A stretch of 61,242 nt of DNA, from assembly GCA_040384945.1 (NCBI GenBank), contig JAZKII010000058.1:1-61242 (forward strand), given 5' to 3'. Shown here in pieces: positions 35,619 to 44,433 of the stretch (positions within the stretch are counted from its first letter, which is position 1; each line of letters opens with the position of its first letter). Made by a program: the position numbers and the translations under genes. The notes under the pieces are model-generated. The model was given only the letters and a program-made list of their open reading frames with translations. It had not been told where the DNA came from and made no database searches. This DNA is from Pseudomonadota bacterium. GTDB lineage: Bacteria; Pseudomonadota; Alphaproteobacteria; Rickettsiales; UBA1997.

Positions 35619-36230
35619 CTAATGCGAAAAAATATCAGCTGAACCAAACCCTTGAACATCAAGCTTGGCGCGGGTTGGTAAAAATCTCACGCAGGCTTCA
35701 AAAATCTCTACACGATTTTCTCTTTTTAACATTTCATCAAGTTTTGCTTTCAACTTATGCAAATGCAAAACGTCGGAAGCGGCGTATTCTAACTGTTTCT
35801 CGGTAATTTCAGCATTTCCCCAATCGGAAGTTTGTTGTTTTTTGGAAAGTTCAATTCCTAAAAGTTCATCGCAAAGTGATTTTAATCCATGGGCGTCGGT
35901 GTATGTACGAACTAATTTCGAAGCAATTTTGGTGCAGTAAATATTTTTGATTTCAACTTTTAAATAATGCTGCAAAGCCGCTAAATCAAAGCGGGCGAAG
36001 TGGAAGATTTTCTGAATTTTTTCGTCAGCCAAAAGTTTACACAAATTCGGCGCGTCATATTTTCCTTGTTCAAATTGCACCAAATGCGCATCGCCATTGC
36101 CATCGGAAATTTGCACCACGCAAAGACGATCGCGAATTATGTTTAAGCCCATTGTTTCGGAATCAATGGCAATTGAGCCTTTAAACTGAATGTCGGAAGG
36201 CAGATCGTTTTTATGTAAAAAATTTGTCAT
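35619..36230 (-). CDS. rnd: Short ribonuclease D-like 3'-5' exonuclease (DEDDy)
   Basis: IAIDSETMGL (Exo I), HFARFDLAAL (Exo II) and YAASDVLHL (Exo III YxxxD); 203 aa. Confidence 0.8.
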   Translation of the reverse strand: MTNFLHKNDLPSDIQFKGSIAIDSETMGLNIIRDRLCVVQISDGNGDAHLVQFEQGKYDAPNLCKLLADEKIQKIFHFARFDLAALQHYLKVEIKNIYCTKIASKLVRTYTDAHGLKSLCDELLGIELSKKQQTSDWGNAEITEKQLEYAASDVLHLHKLKAKLDEMLKRENRVEIFEACVRFLPTRAKLDVQGFGSADIFSH

Positions 36231-36233
36231 ATA

Positions 36234-37220
36234 TTAGTTTGTAAATTTAACCCAAAATTCATCATTTAATTGCGGTAAGGCCGAATTAATTTCCACCATT
36301 TCTTGCATATTGCCATTGCAGTGTAAAACCAAGTCGCAGCCGGCATTTAGAATTGCTTTTGATTTATCGTGGAAATTGCCTTTAAGCGCTTTCATCGAAA
36401 CGTCATCGCTCATTAAAATATTTTTGAAGCCTATTTCATTTCTGATTAAATCAATCGCGGCTTTAGAAGTTGTAGCGCAATTAACTTTATCGATTGCCGA
36501 AAATAAAATATGCGCGGTCATCGCAAATTTTTGGTCGCGTAATTTTTGGAAAGTTACGAAATCGGTTTTTCTTAATTCTTCCAAAGTTGCATCAACGATT
36601 GGTAATTCTAAATGGCTGTCAGAAGTGCCGCGGCCGTGGCCGGGAATATGTTTGATTACGGGATAAACACCTTGTGAAAGCAAGCCTTCGCAAACTTTGC
36701 GGCCTAAAGCTGCAACTTGTAATGCATCTCTTCCATAAGCGCGATCGCCAATAACTTGATGAGTTTTTTCGGTTAAAATATCCAGCACCGGAGCGCAATC
36801 AACATTGATGCCAACATCAATTAAATCGCGGCCGATTTCTTGAAAATTTTCGTATAATTCTTCTTCAGCTTGCAGTGGATTTTCTTGGTAAAGATCAGCA
36901 AAATATTGGCCAGCCGGATATTTTTTCCAATCCGGTTCTTTCATGCGAGCAACGCGGCCGCCTTCTTGATCGACTAAAATTAAAACTTCACCTTGCATTA
37001 ATTCGCGCAGGGAATCGGTTAATTTTTTTAATTGGGTTTTGTTGGAAATGTTGCGAGCGAATAAAATGAAACCAAGCGCACCGTTTTTGGTGAAGAAATG
37101 TTTTTCTTCCTCGGTGAGGGTGAGGCTAGAAATGCCGTAAATTACTGGCTTGGTGGCGTTTTTATTTTCGGAGATTTTTTTAAGTAATGGCATGTTGTTT
37201 AAAGATTGTATGGATCCCAT
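36234..37220 (-). CDS. nagZ: Beta-N-acetylhexosaminidase NagZ (GH3)
   Basis: LILVDQEGGRVARM and VIKHIPGHGRGTSDSH motifs. The start is set at MGSIQSL (37220) because the longer ORF reads through the 37251-37343 palindrome and overlaps hisB. Confidence 0.85.
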   Translation of the reverse strand: MGSIQSLNNMPLLKKISENKNATKPVIYGISSLTLTEEEKHFFTKNGALGFILFARNISNKTQLKKLTDSLRELMQGEVLILVDQEGGRVARMKEPDWKKYPAGQYFADLYQENPLQAEEELYENFQEIGRDLIDVGINVDCAPVLDILTEKTHQVIGDRAYGRDALQVAALGRKVCEGLLSQGVYPVIKHIPGHGRGTSDSHLELPIVDATLEELRKTDFVTFQKLRDQKFAMTAHILFSAIDKVNCATTSKAAIDLIRNEIGFKNILMSDDVSMKALKGNFHDKSKAILNAGCDLVLHCNGNMQEMVEINSALPQLNDEFWVKFTN

Positions 37221-37250
37221 TATTTGACGGGAAATTATGCTTAAGTTTTG

Positions 37251-37343
37251 TACCACAACCCCCCAACCCCCCTTATCAGGGGGGCTTTGAGATCGAACTC
37301 GGATTAAAGCCCCCCTGATAAGGGGGGTTGTGGGGTTGTGGTA
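37251..37343. repeat. Family-D G/C-tract nested palindrome between hisB and nagZ
   Basis: taccacaaccccccaaccccccttatcaggggggcttt..aaagcccccctgataaggggggttgtggggttgtggta. Each arm also contains its own cccccc-ttatca-gggggg hairpin. Confidence 0.85.
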
Positions 37344-37359
37344 CGATTTTATATTATTT

Positions 37360-37947
37360 TTACAAAACCCCTTTCGTGGAGTTAATCGCATCTTTCTTTC
37401 TTTCATCAATCGCAATTGCCTCGCGAAGCGCTCTGGCTAATGATTTAAAGCAAGATTCGATGATATGATGATTATTAACGCCGTAAAGATTTTCGATATG
37501 TAAGTTGCAACCAACGGCTTGTGCGAAAGCGAAAAACCATTCGCGGAAAAGCTCGCAATCCATTTCTCCGATTTTATCGCGTTTAAATTCGCAGTTAAAA
37601 ATCGGGTAAGCGCGACCGGATAAATCAACAACGCAGCGCGTTAAAGTTTCATCCATCGGCACATAAGAATGACCGAAACGGGTAATGCCTTTTTTGTCAC
37701 CCAAAGCTTGTTTGAAAGCTTCGCCAATTGCTAAAGCTGCATCTTCAGTGGTGTGGTGGAAATCGATATGTAAATCGCCTTTCACTTCGCAAGTGATGTC
37801 CATCAAGCTGTGATGTGAAAGCTGTTCGATCATGTGATTTAAAAACCCGATGCCGGTATCAACCTTGAATTGACCGGTTCCGTCGAGATTTATTTCAACT
37901 TTAATTTTAGTTTCCTTGGTGTTGCGTTCGATTTTTGCTGTGCGCAT
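37360..37947 (-). CDS. hisB: Imidazoleglycerol-phosphate dehydratase
   Basis: [28 protein letters not shown] and [18 protein letters not shown] blocks; 195 aa. Confidence 0.9.
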   Translation of the reverse strand: MRTAKIERNTKETKIKVEINLDGTGQFKVDTGIGFLNHMIEQLSHHSLMDITCEVKGDLHIDFHHTTEDAALAIGEAFKQALGDKKGITRFGHSYVPMDETLTRCVVDLSGRAYPIFNCEFKRDKIGEMDCELFREWFFAFAQAVGCNLHIENLYGVNNHHIIESCFKSLARALREAIAIDERKKDAINSTKGVL

Positions 37948-37997
37948 GGATGTGTCTAAGATGTGGCCTCACTTTTTGTAAGCGAGGCCGATATTTT

Positions 37998-38729
37998 TTA
38001 AGAAGCTTTTTTCAAATTTTCAGAAACGAAATCCCAGTTTACCAGGTGGTTTAAGAAAGTGTCGATGTAAGTTGGGCGGGCATTTTGGTAATCCAAATAA
38101 TATGCATGTTCCCAAACATCCATTGTCATTAATGGAGTTGCAGAAGTTGTAAGTGGAGTTTCGGCATTGCCAGTTTTAGTAACTTTCAATTTACCATTTT
38201 CTAAAACTAACCAAGCCCAGCCTGAGCCGAATTGAGTTGCGCCGGCATTTTTAAATTCAGTTACGAAATTTTCGTAAGAACCAAAATCAGATTCGATTTT
38301 TTTCAAAACCTCGCCAGATGGCTTGCCGCCACCGTTTGGTTTCATTGAATGCCAGTAAAAAGTGTGATTCCAAACTTGTGCTGAATTATTGAAAATTCCG
38401 GCTTTAGCTTTGTCAGCGTGAGAAATTTTGATGATTTCTTCTAAAGATTTTCCATCCAAATCAGTGCCGGTAATTAAGTTATTTAAATTAGTAACATAAG
38501 CCTGATGATGTTTGCCATAGTGAAAATTCATGGTATTTTCAGAGATGTAGGGAGCTAGAGCGCCTTTATCGTAAGGCAATTTAGGTAATTCGATTTTGTG
38601 CATGGATCCTCCAAAAAATTTTGACTTAGAATTAGTAATGCCACTTAAGCCCTTGATTTTACAAGCGCCAAGAAGAAAGGCCGAAGAAAGGCAAACATTT
38701 TTAATGAATTTTCTTTTTGACATTTGCAT
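37998..38729 (-). CDS. sodB: Fe/Mn superoxide dismutase with a possible lipoprotein signal peptide
   Basis: FHYGKHHQAYV and MDVWEHAYYLDYQN motifs. Upstream in frame is MQMSKRKFIKNVCLSSAFLLGAC (lipobox LGAC). The alternative start MHKIELP at 38603 has ggagga 3 nt upstream and would give a cytoplasmic form. The maximal ORF reaches 38798. Confidence 0.8.
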   Translation of the reverse strand: MQMSKRKFIKNVCLSSAFLLGACKIKGLSGITNSKSKFFGGSMHKIELPKLPYDKGALAPYISENTMNFHYGKHHQAYVTNLNNLITGTDLDGKSLEEIIKISHADKAKAGIFNNSAQVWNHTFYWHSMKPNGGGKPSGEVLKKIESDFGSYENFVTEFKNAGATQFGSGWAWLVLENGKLKVTKTGNAETPLTTSATPLMTMDVWEHAYYLDYQNARPTYIDTFLNHLVNWDFVSENLKKAS

Positions 38730-38818
38730 GGGTGACAACCTAGTTTTGTTGCTTAGGCCACTTAACTTATTTTGGCTCTCTCGCATGTCAATTATCATTT
38801 TATTTTTTCACCAAAACC

Positions 38819-39577
38819 ATGTCAAAAATATCCGCTGTAATTGTTGCGCATAATGAGGAAAAGAAAATTGCCGATTGTTTGCGCAGTCTTTCATTTGCTG
38901 ATGAAATCGTAGTTGTACTTGATAAATGCACTGATCGCACCAAAGAAATTGTTTTGGAATTCACAGATAAAATTGTTGAAGGTTCATGGAAAATTGAAGG
39001 CGCGCGCCGCAATGTAGCGCTAAATGCCGCCAGCCATGAATGGATTTTTGAAATTGATGCTGATGAAAGAGTTTCTCCGGAATTAGCGCAGGAAATTTTG
39101 GCGATAAAAAATTCACCGCCTTGCGCTGTAATTGTGCCAATTGCAAATTACATCGGCAAACGTCACGTAAAATATGGCTGGCTTCGAACTTTATGTGTGT
39201 TGAGTCGCCAGACTTTGGCTTATAAGGGTTTAAAAAAATATCATGAAGATAAAGAAGTTCACCCGACTTGTGATTTAGGTGCTGGAATAAAATATTTTGA
39301 AAATCCAATTATCCATTTGGTTGATGAAGATATTGCTGATTTTATTTCGCGCTTCAACCGCTACACCAATTGGCGCGCCAATGACATGATTTCTAAAAAT
39401 AAAATCAAATGTGCCGGGCTTTTTAAAGGAGTCGTTAATTTTAAATTACGTTTTATAAAATCTTTTTTCTTCAAAAAAGGTTATAAAGAAGGTGCGCTGG
39501 GTTTCTTAATCGCAATTCTCGCCGGGCTTTATCCATTGGTTTCAAGCCTTAAAGCTCAAGAAAAATTATCCAAATGA
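38819..39577 (+). CDS. Family 2 glycosyltransferase (LPS-core type)
   Basis: ISAVIVAHNEEKKIADCLRSL.FADEIVVVLDKCTDRT and EIDADE (DxD-like) motifs; 252 aa. Confidence 0.75.
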   Translation: MSKISAVIVAHNEEKKIADCLRSLSFADEIVVVLDKCTDRTKEIVLEFTDKIVEGSWKIEGARRNVALNAASHEWIFEIDADERVSPELAQEILAIKNSPPCAVIVPIANYIGKRHVKYGWLRTLCVLSRQTLAYKGLKKYHEDKEVHPTCDLGAGIKYFENPIIHLVDEDIADFISRFNRYTNWRANDMISKNKIKCAGLFKGVVNFKLRFIKSFFFKKGYKEGALGFLIAILAGLYPLVSSLKAQEKLSK

Positions 39578-40659
39578 AAATTGTTCACATAATTTTAACT
39601 TCCCAAAATGGCGGAGCGGAGCAGGCGTTTATTGATTATTCGGTGGCTTTAAAAAATCTTGGTCATGAAATTTTGGCGATCATAAAAAATGATGCGCCTT
39701 ACGCTGATGCAGTTGAAAAACTTGGAATTACGGTGAAAAAAGTTCCCAATAAATTGGGATTTTATGATATTTTTACAGTTAAAAAAATTCATGAAATTCT
39801 GGAAGAATTTAATGCCGATACAGTGATAGCACATGCCGGAAGATCAACAGTTTTAGCGCGCCGTGCCATTGCCAAAATAAAAAATAAAAAAACTTTTTTA
39901 ATCGCTGTAAATCACAGCATGAATGTGAAGCGTTCAATCGGCGCTGATATTATTCTTTCGGTGAATAAGGAAATTTTCTTGCGCACAATTAATGCCGGGC
40001 AAAGTGAAACAGCGAGTTTCGTAATTCAAAATGCGATTGATTTGAGCGATGCGCCAATAGTTGCGTCGAAAATTGATTTGCAAAATAAAGAAACAATCGT
40101 GCTTGGCGGAATGGGTCGCCTCGATATTGCCAAAGGTTTCCGCTTTGTTATTCGGACAATTAAAAAATTGGAAGAACTCGCCAAAGCAGATAATTTAAAT
40201 AAGAAATTTGTTTTTAAGATTGCTGGTTCTGGCGAGCGTGAAGATTATTTACGTAATCTTGCCAAAGAATTAAATGTTGAAAGTAAGATAGAATTTTTGG
40301 GCTGGATGAAAAATAAAAAAGAATTTTTTAACTCGATTGATATTTTTATAATGTCGTCAGAGCGTGAAACTTTTGGTTTGGTGGTTTTAGAAGCCATGAA
40401 ATTTCGCAAGCCAATAATTTCAACCGATGCTGATGGCCCGAAAGAATTTTTGAGAAATGATGTAGATGCTTTGATGGTGAATTTGCAGCCTTTGGATAAT
40501 ATAGAAAACAGAATTGCCGATGCGGTTTTGAGAATGGTTAATGAGCCGGAATTGGTGAATAAATTGGTTGAAAATGCGTTTGCTAAAGTGAATGAAAAAT
40601 TTTCTTATAAGGCGCTGGAGAAATATTTTGAAGAGATTGTGGGAAGAGTGAAAAGTTAA
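39574..40659 (+). CDS. GT-B (family 4) glycosyltransferase
   Basis: SERETFGLVVLEAMKFRKPIISTDADGPKEFL (EX7E-type motif). It overlaps the preceding GT2 gene by 4 nt. Confidence 0.75.
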   Translation: MKIVHIILTSQNGGAEQAFIDYSVALKNLGHEILAIIKNDAPYADAVEKLGITVKKVPNKLGFYDIFTVKKIHEILEEFNADTVIAHAGRSTVLARRAIAKIKNKKTFLIAVNHSMNVKRSIGADIILSVNKEIFLRTINAGQSETASFVIQNAIDLSDAPIVASKIDLQNKETIVLGGMGRLDIAKGFRFVIRTIKKLEELAKADNLNKKFVFKIAGSGEREDYLRNLAKELNVESKIEFLGWMKNKKEFFNSIDIFIMSSERETFGLVVLEAMKFRKPIISTDADGPKEFLRNDVDALMVNLQPLDNIENRIADAVLRMVNEPELVNKLVENAFAKVNEKFSYKALEKYFEEIVGRVKS

Positions 40660-40700
40660 GAATTCTTGATTTAAGAATTTTTGATTTGAGTAAGAATTTG

Positions 40701-40790
40701 AGCAAGACGGGATTTGTAATCCCGTCTTCGCGTTCATGCAAAATTAATTGAACTGAAAATGTGAACGGGGTTACAAACACCGTCCAGCGC
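40701..40790. repeat. Family-A full double-hairpin element between the convergent GT4 and polA genes
   Basis: agcaagacgggatttgtaatcccgtcttcgcgttcatgcaaaattaattgaactgaaaatgtgaacggggttacaaacaccgtccagcgc. Confidence 0.85.
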
Positions 40791-40827
40791 TAAGGGTTGG
40801 GGGGTTTTGCGGTCTTAATTTATTTTA

Positions 40828-43632
40828 CTACTTCCAACAATCCGCCACAGTCACATCAACCTTCAACGGCACATCTAAAATCGCCGCATTTTCCATTTCA
40901 TATTTCAAAATCTTTGTCGCAATTTCCACTTCATTTTCTGGTGCTTCTACAATCAATTCGTCATGAATTTGTAAGATAATTTTTGATTGTAAATTTTCTT
41001 CCTTAAATCTTTTACTCAAACGAATCATCGCCTTTTTGATAATATCCGCGGCACTTCCCTGAATCGGCGCGTTAATCGCCAGGCGCTCAGCTTCGGCGCG
41101 GATCATCGGGTTTTTATTATTAATATCGCGGATAAAACATTTGCGCCCGGAAAGGGTTTGGACATAGCCATTTTTCCGAGCCAATTCGATGTAATTTTTC
41201 ATCGAAATATCAATTCCCGGATAAGTTTCTAAATAAGATTTTATATAAATTGCAGCTTCCTGACGTGGAATATCTAGTTGACGAGCCAGCCCGAACGCGC
41301 TGATTCCATAAATAATTCCGAAATTAATTGCTTTGGCTTTGGAGCGTAAAGAATCGTCAACTTCATCTTCTGTAACTCCGAAAACCTGCGCCGCTGTAAT
41401 GCGGTGAATATCTTTATCTTCTTTAAAGGCATTAATTAAATTTCCGATTTTTGCGGCATGAGCAATCACGCGCAGTTCAATTTGTGAATAGTCGGCGGAA
41501 ATTAAAAAATGATTTTTTTCAGCGATAAAACTTTCGCGGATTTTTTGGCCTTCCAAACTTTTTATCGGAATATTTTGCAGGTTTGGATACCTAGAGCTGA
41601 GCCTTCCGGTAATTGTTGAAGTTGTAGAAAAATGCGTGTGAATTCGGCCGGTTTGTGGGTTAATTTCTTCCGGCAAAGCATCGGTATAAGTATTTTTTAA
41701 TTTAGAAAATTTCCGGAAATCAAGAATTTTTCTTGCAATCGGATTTCCAGCCTCATCAAGCTCTTCAAGCACGCCAACACCGGTTGAAAGCGCTCCGGTT
41801 TTTTTTGATTTTTTGCCGGAAGCCAAACCCATTTTTTCAAATAAAACTTCCGAAAGTTGTTTGGCTGAAGCGATGTTAAATTCATGTCCGGCGAGGATGT
41901 AAATTTCGCTGCTTAATTCGGCGATTTTTTTACCGAATTCTTGTGAAAGTTGACGTAATTTTGCCACGTCAATTTTAATGCCGTTAGTTTCAATTTGCGC
42001 TAGAACCTCAATTAATGGGCGCTCAAAAGAAAGATAGGCTTCAGTTAATTTTTCAGGCGCAATTTTTGGCGCAAATATTTTGTAAAGTTGGTAAATTGCG
42101 AAATTTCTAAAAGTTAAAAATTCAGCTTTTTTTTCGGGATCGGCAAAAATTTCCGGCTCGCGATCTTTTTCAATTTCCGCAAAAACTTTGCCAAAACCTA
42201 ATTGTTCGACATCTTCGTTGAGATTAAGATCTATAAGCTCGCGTAAGTCATTTTTAACTGAAGAAGTTAAGAGGTGATGAATAGTTGCGACATCTTCGTA
42301 GGAATTTGCCGGAGAAAATTTTAAGAAATTTTTGGCATCGAAAAAGATTTTTTTAATTGAATCATCAGTCAGAATTTTTTCTAGAATTTCGATGTCAAAG
42401 CCTTCAGTTTCAATCTTTTCTGGTTCGTGATTAAAACTAAATAAATCAAAAGAGTGATTTTGATTTGGAGTTTTTGCCGATTTTTTTACTTCGAAATAAA
42501 GAATTTCTTTTGGAGAATCGCCTGATTTACAAGTTGAAATTGTGATGAAATTTTTATCGCGGTCGATTGTGACTTGGCCGTTTGTAGATGCTTCTTTGTT
42601 GAGTCGCGCGATTATTTCGGGAGATGAAATTAAAGTTTTTTGGCATGACGAAAACACGCTAGATCCTGAATCAAGTTCAGGATGACGGAGTTCTTGGGAA
42701 GATTTTACCACATCGTCATCATGAACTTGATTCAGGATCTGTTTTTCAACAGGAACAGCAGCATTTTCCGAAATTCCAAATTCTTTGCGAACTCTTGTAA
42801 TCAATGAATGAAAGCCTTGAATCTGCAAAAAAGAAATTAATTTATGCGGATCAAGGGCGCGAATTTCTAATTCATCCAAATGAATTCCTAACTCAACATC
42901 TTCTTTCAAAGCTGCTAAAATTTTTGAAAGTTTGGCTTTTTCAATTCCTTCGCTCAAAAGCTGGCGACGCTTTTCTTGCTTGATTTGATGCAGGTTTTCA
43001 AAAATATTTTCCAGATTTCCAAATTGCTTAATTAATTCGGCAGCGGTTTTTGGGCCAATGCCTTTTACGCCTGGAATGTTATCTGATGTGTCACCAATTA
43101 ATGACAACATATCTAAAACTTTTTCTGGCCCAACTTCGAATTTTTCTATAACTTGGGGAATTCCAATCATGCGGTTTTTCATCGAATCATACATGTGGAT
43201 ATTTTCTCCAACCAGCTGCATCAAGTCTTTATCCGATGAAACGATTAAAACTTCATAACCTTCAATTTCAGCTTTTTTGGCGATGGTTGCGATGATGTCG
43301 TCAGCTTCGAAACCAATTTTTTCAAGTATTGATAAATTCAATGATTCGGCGCTTTCACGAACAATCGAAAATTGCGGAATTAATTCTTCAGGGCAGGGTG
43401 GACGATTGGCTTTGTAAGCCGGATAAATATCATTTCTAAAAGTTTTAGAGCCGGAATCAAAAACAACAGCGGCGTGAGTTACATTAAGCCCGGCCAAAAG
43501 TTTAATTAACATATTGGTGAAGCCATAAACTGCACCAACCGGCGTGCCATCTGGTCTGGTTAAAGGTGGCAAAGAATGAAAGGCGCGAAATACGAAGCCA
43601 TAACCGTCAATTAAGGCGATTTTTTTGGACAT
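40828..43632 (-). CDS. polA: DNA polymerase I with an in-frame family-B palindrome insertion
   Basis: 5'-nuclease N-terminus LIDGYGFVFRAFH. Polymerase motifs ADYSQIELRV, RSKAKAINFGIIYG and LQIHDELIVE are present; 934 aa. Confidence 0.95.
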   Translation of the reverse strand: MSKKIALIDGYGFVFRAFHSLPPLTRPDGTPVGAVYGFTNMLIKLLAGLNVTHAAVVFDSGSKTFRNDIYPAYKANRPPCPEELIPQFSIVRESAESLNLSILEKIGFEADDIIATIAKKAEIEGYEVLIVSSDKDLMQLVGENIHMYDSMKNRMIGIPQVIEKFEVGPEKVLDMLSLIGDTSDNIPGVKGIGPKTAAELIKQFGNLENIFENLHQIKQEKRRQLLSEGIEKAKLSKILAALKEDVELGIHLDELEIRALDPHKLISFLQIQGFHSLITRVRKEFGISENAAVPVEKQILNQVHDDDVVKSSQELRHPELDSGSSVFSSCQKTLISSPEIIARLNKEASTNGQVTIDRDKNFITISTCKSGDSPKEILYFEVKKSAKTPNQNHSFDLFSFNHEPEKIETEGFDIEILEKILTDDSIKKIFFDAKNFLKFSPANSYEDVATIHHLLTSSVKNDLRELIDLNLNEDVEQLGFGKVFAEIEKDREPEIFADPEKKAEFLTFRNFAIYQLYKIFAPKIAPEKLTEAYLSFERPLIEVLAQIETNGIKIDVAKLRQLSQEFGKKIAELSSEIYILAGHEFNIASAKQLSEVLFEKMGLASGKKSKKTGALSTGVGVLEELDEAGNPIARKILDFRKFSKLKNTYTDALPEEINPQTGRIHTHFSTTSTITGRLSSRYPNLQNIPIKSLEGQKIRESFIAEKNHFLISADYSQIELRVIAHAAKIGNLINAFKEDKDIHRITAAQVFGVTEDEVDDSLRSKAKAINFGIIYGISAFGLARQLDIPRQEAAIYIKSYLETYPGIDISMKNYIELARKNGYVQTLSGRKCFIRDINNKNPMIRAEAERLAINAPIQGSAADIIKKAMIRLSKRFKEENLQSKIILQIHDELIVEAPENEVEIATKILKYEMENAAILDVPLKVDVTVADCWK
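42661..42740. repeat. Family-B palindrome inside polA, translated in frame
   Basis: agatcctgaatcaagttcaggatgacg..cgtcatcatgaacttgattcaggatct encodes about QILNQVHDDDVVKSSQELRHPELDSGS. This lies in the linker after the 5'-nuclease domain. Confidence 0.85.
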
Positions 43633-43752
43633 GGGAATTATAAATTATTTAAGGTCGGAATTATTTATTTAGCTTCAAGTTTTGCTTTTTGTAAATTTAA
43701 TAACAAACTCTACTTAGATATATCTTAAATCCTAAATCTAAAATCTAAAATT

Positions 43753-44430
43753 ATGTATCGCCTTTACCATCATTCACTTTGCCCTTTTTCGCGCAAAGTA
43801 CGAGTTCACATGGCTGCAAAGGAAATTGGCTTTGAGCTGGTTCCTGAAAATTTCTGGGAAAGACGCAAAGAATTTATCGCCATGAATCCGGCCGGAAGCT
43901 TGCCAGTGTTGTTTGATAATGCCAATTCGGCAGTGATTTCAAACAGTTCAACTATTGTTGAATATATTGAAGAAAAACATCAAGAAACTAAAAATTTTAT
44001 CGGCGATTCAGTTGTAACAAGGGCGGAAGTGCGTCGTTTGCAAAATTGGTTTGATGAAAAATTTTATAATGAAGTCAGCAAACATGTTTTAAATGAACGC
44101 CATTTTAACCGCTATTTGCCGGGAGTTAATGCCCCTGATTCGGAAGTTTTAAGAGTTGCGCGACGCAATTTAAACATTCATTTAAGCTATATTGAATATT
44201 TGCTTGAAACCAGAAAATATCTTGCTGGAGATCATATTTCAGTTGCTGATTTTGCAGCTGCGGCGCAAATTTCGGTGCTGGATTATTTCGGCGATATTAA
44301 CTGGCATCATTATTTGCCGGCAAAGGATTGGTATAGTTTAATCAAGTCGCACAAGATTTTCGGCGAAATTTTAAAAGACCGCATTCCCAACGTAAATCCG
44401 CCGGAATGGTATTCTAAATTAGATTTCTAA
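43753..44430 (+). CDS. Glutathione S-transferase family protein
   Basis: Thioredoxin-fold N-terminus YHHSLCPFSRKVRVHMAAKEI..PAGSLPVL. A C-terminal helical domain contains YLAGDHISVADF. Confidence 0.7.
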   Translation: MYRLYHHSLCPFSRKVRVHMAAKEIGFELVPENFWERRKEFIAMNPAGSLPVLFDNANSAVISNSSTIVEYIEEKHQETKNFIGDSVVTRAEVRRLQNWFDEKFYNEVSKHVLNERHFNRYLPGVNAPDSEVLRVARRNLNIHLSYIEYLLETRKYLAGDHISVADFAAAAQISVLDYFGDINWHHYLPAKDWYSLIKSHKIFGEILKDRIPNVNPPEWYSKLDF

Positions 44431-44433
44431 AAC

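Noticed and set aside
37221-37415. N-terminal 65-codon extension of the nagZ ORF (393-aa version)
   Set aside because: The extension is the translation of the family-D palindrome (PTTPLIRGAL..PPDKGGWGVV) and overlaps the hisB 3' end. The conserved NagZ sequence starts after M66.
37955-37992. Hairpin ggcctcac-tttttgt-aagcgaggcc downstream of the sod gene as a rho-independent terminator
   Set aside because: The stem has a mismatch and is not followed by a T-tract on the sod (minus) strand. It is plausible but not supported well enough to list as a feature.
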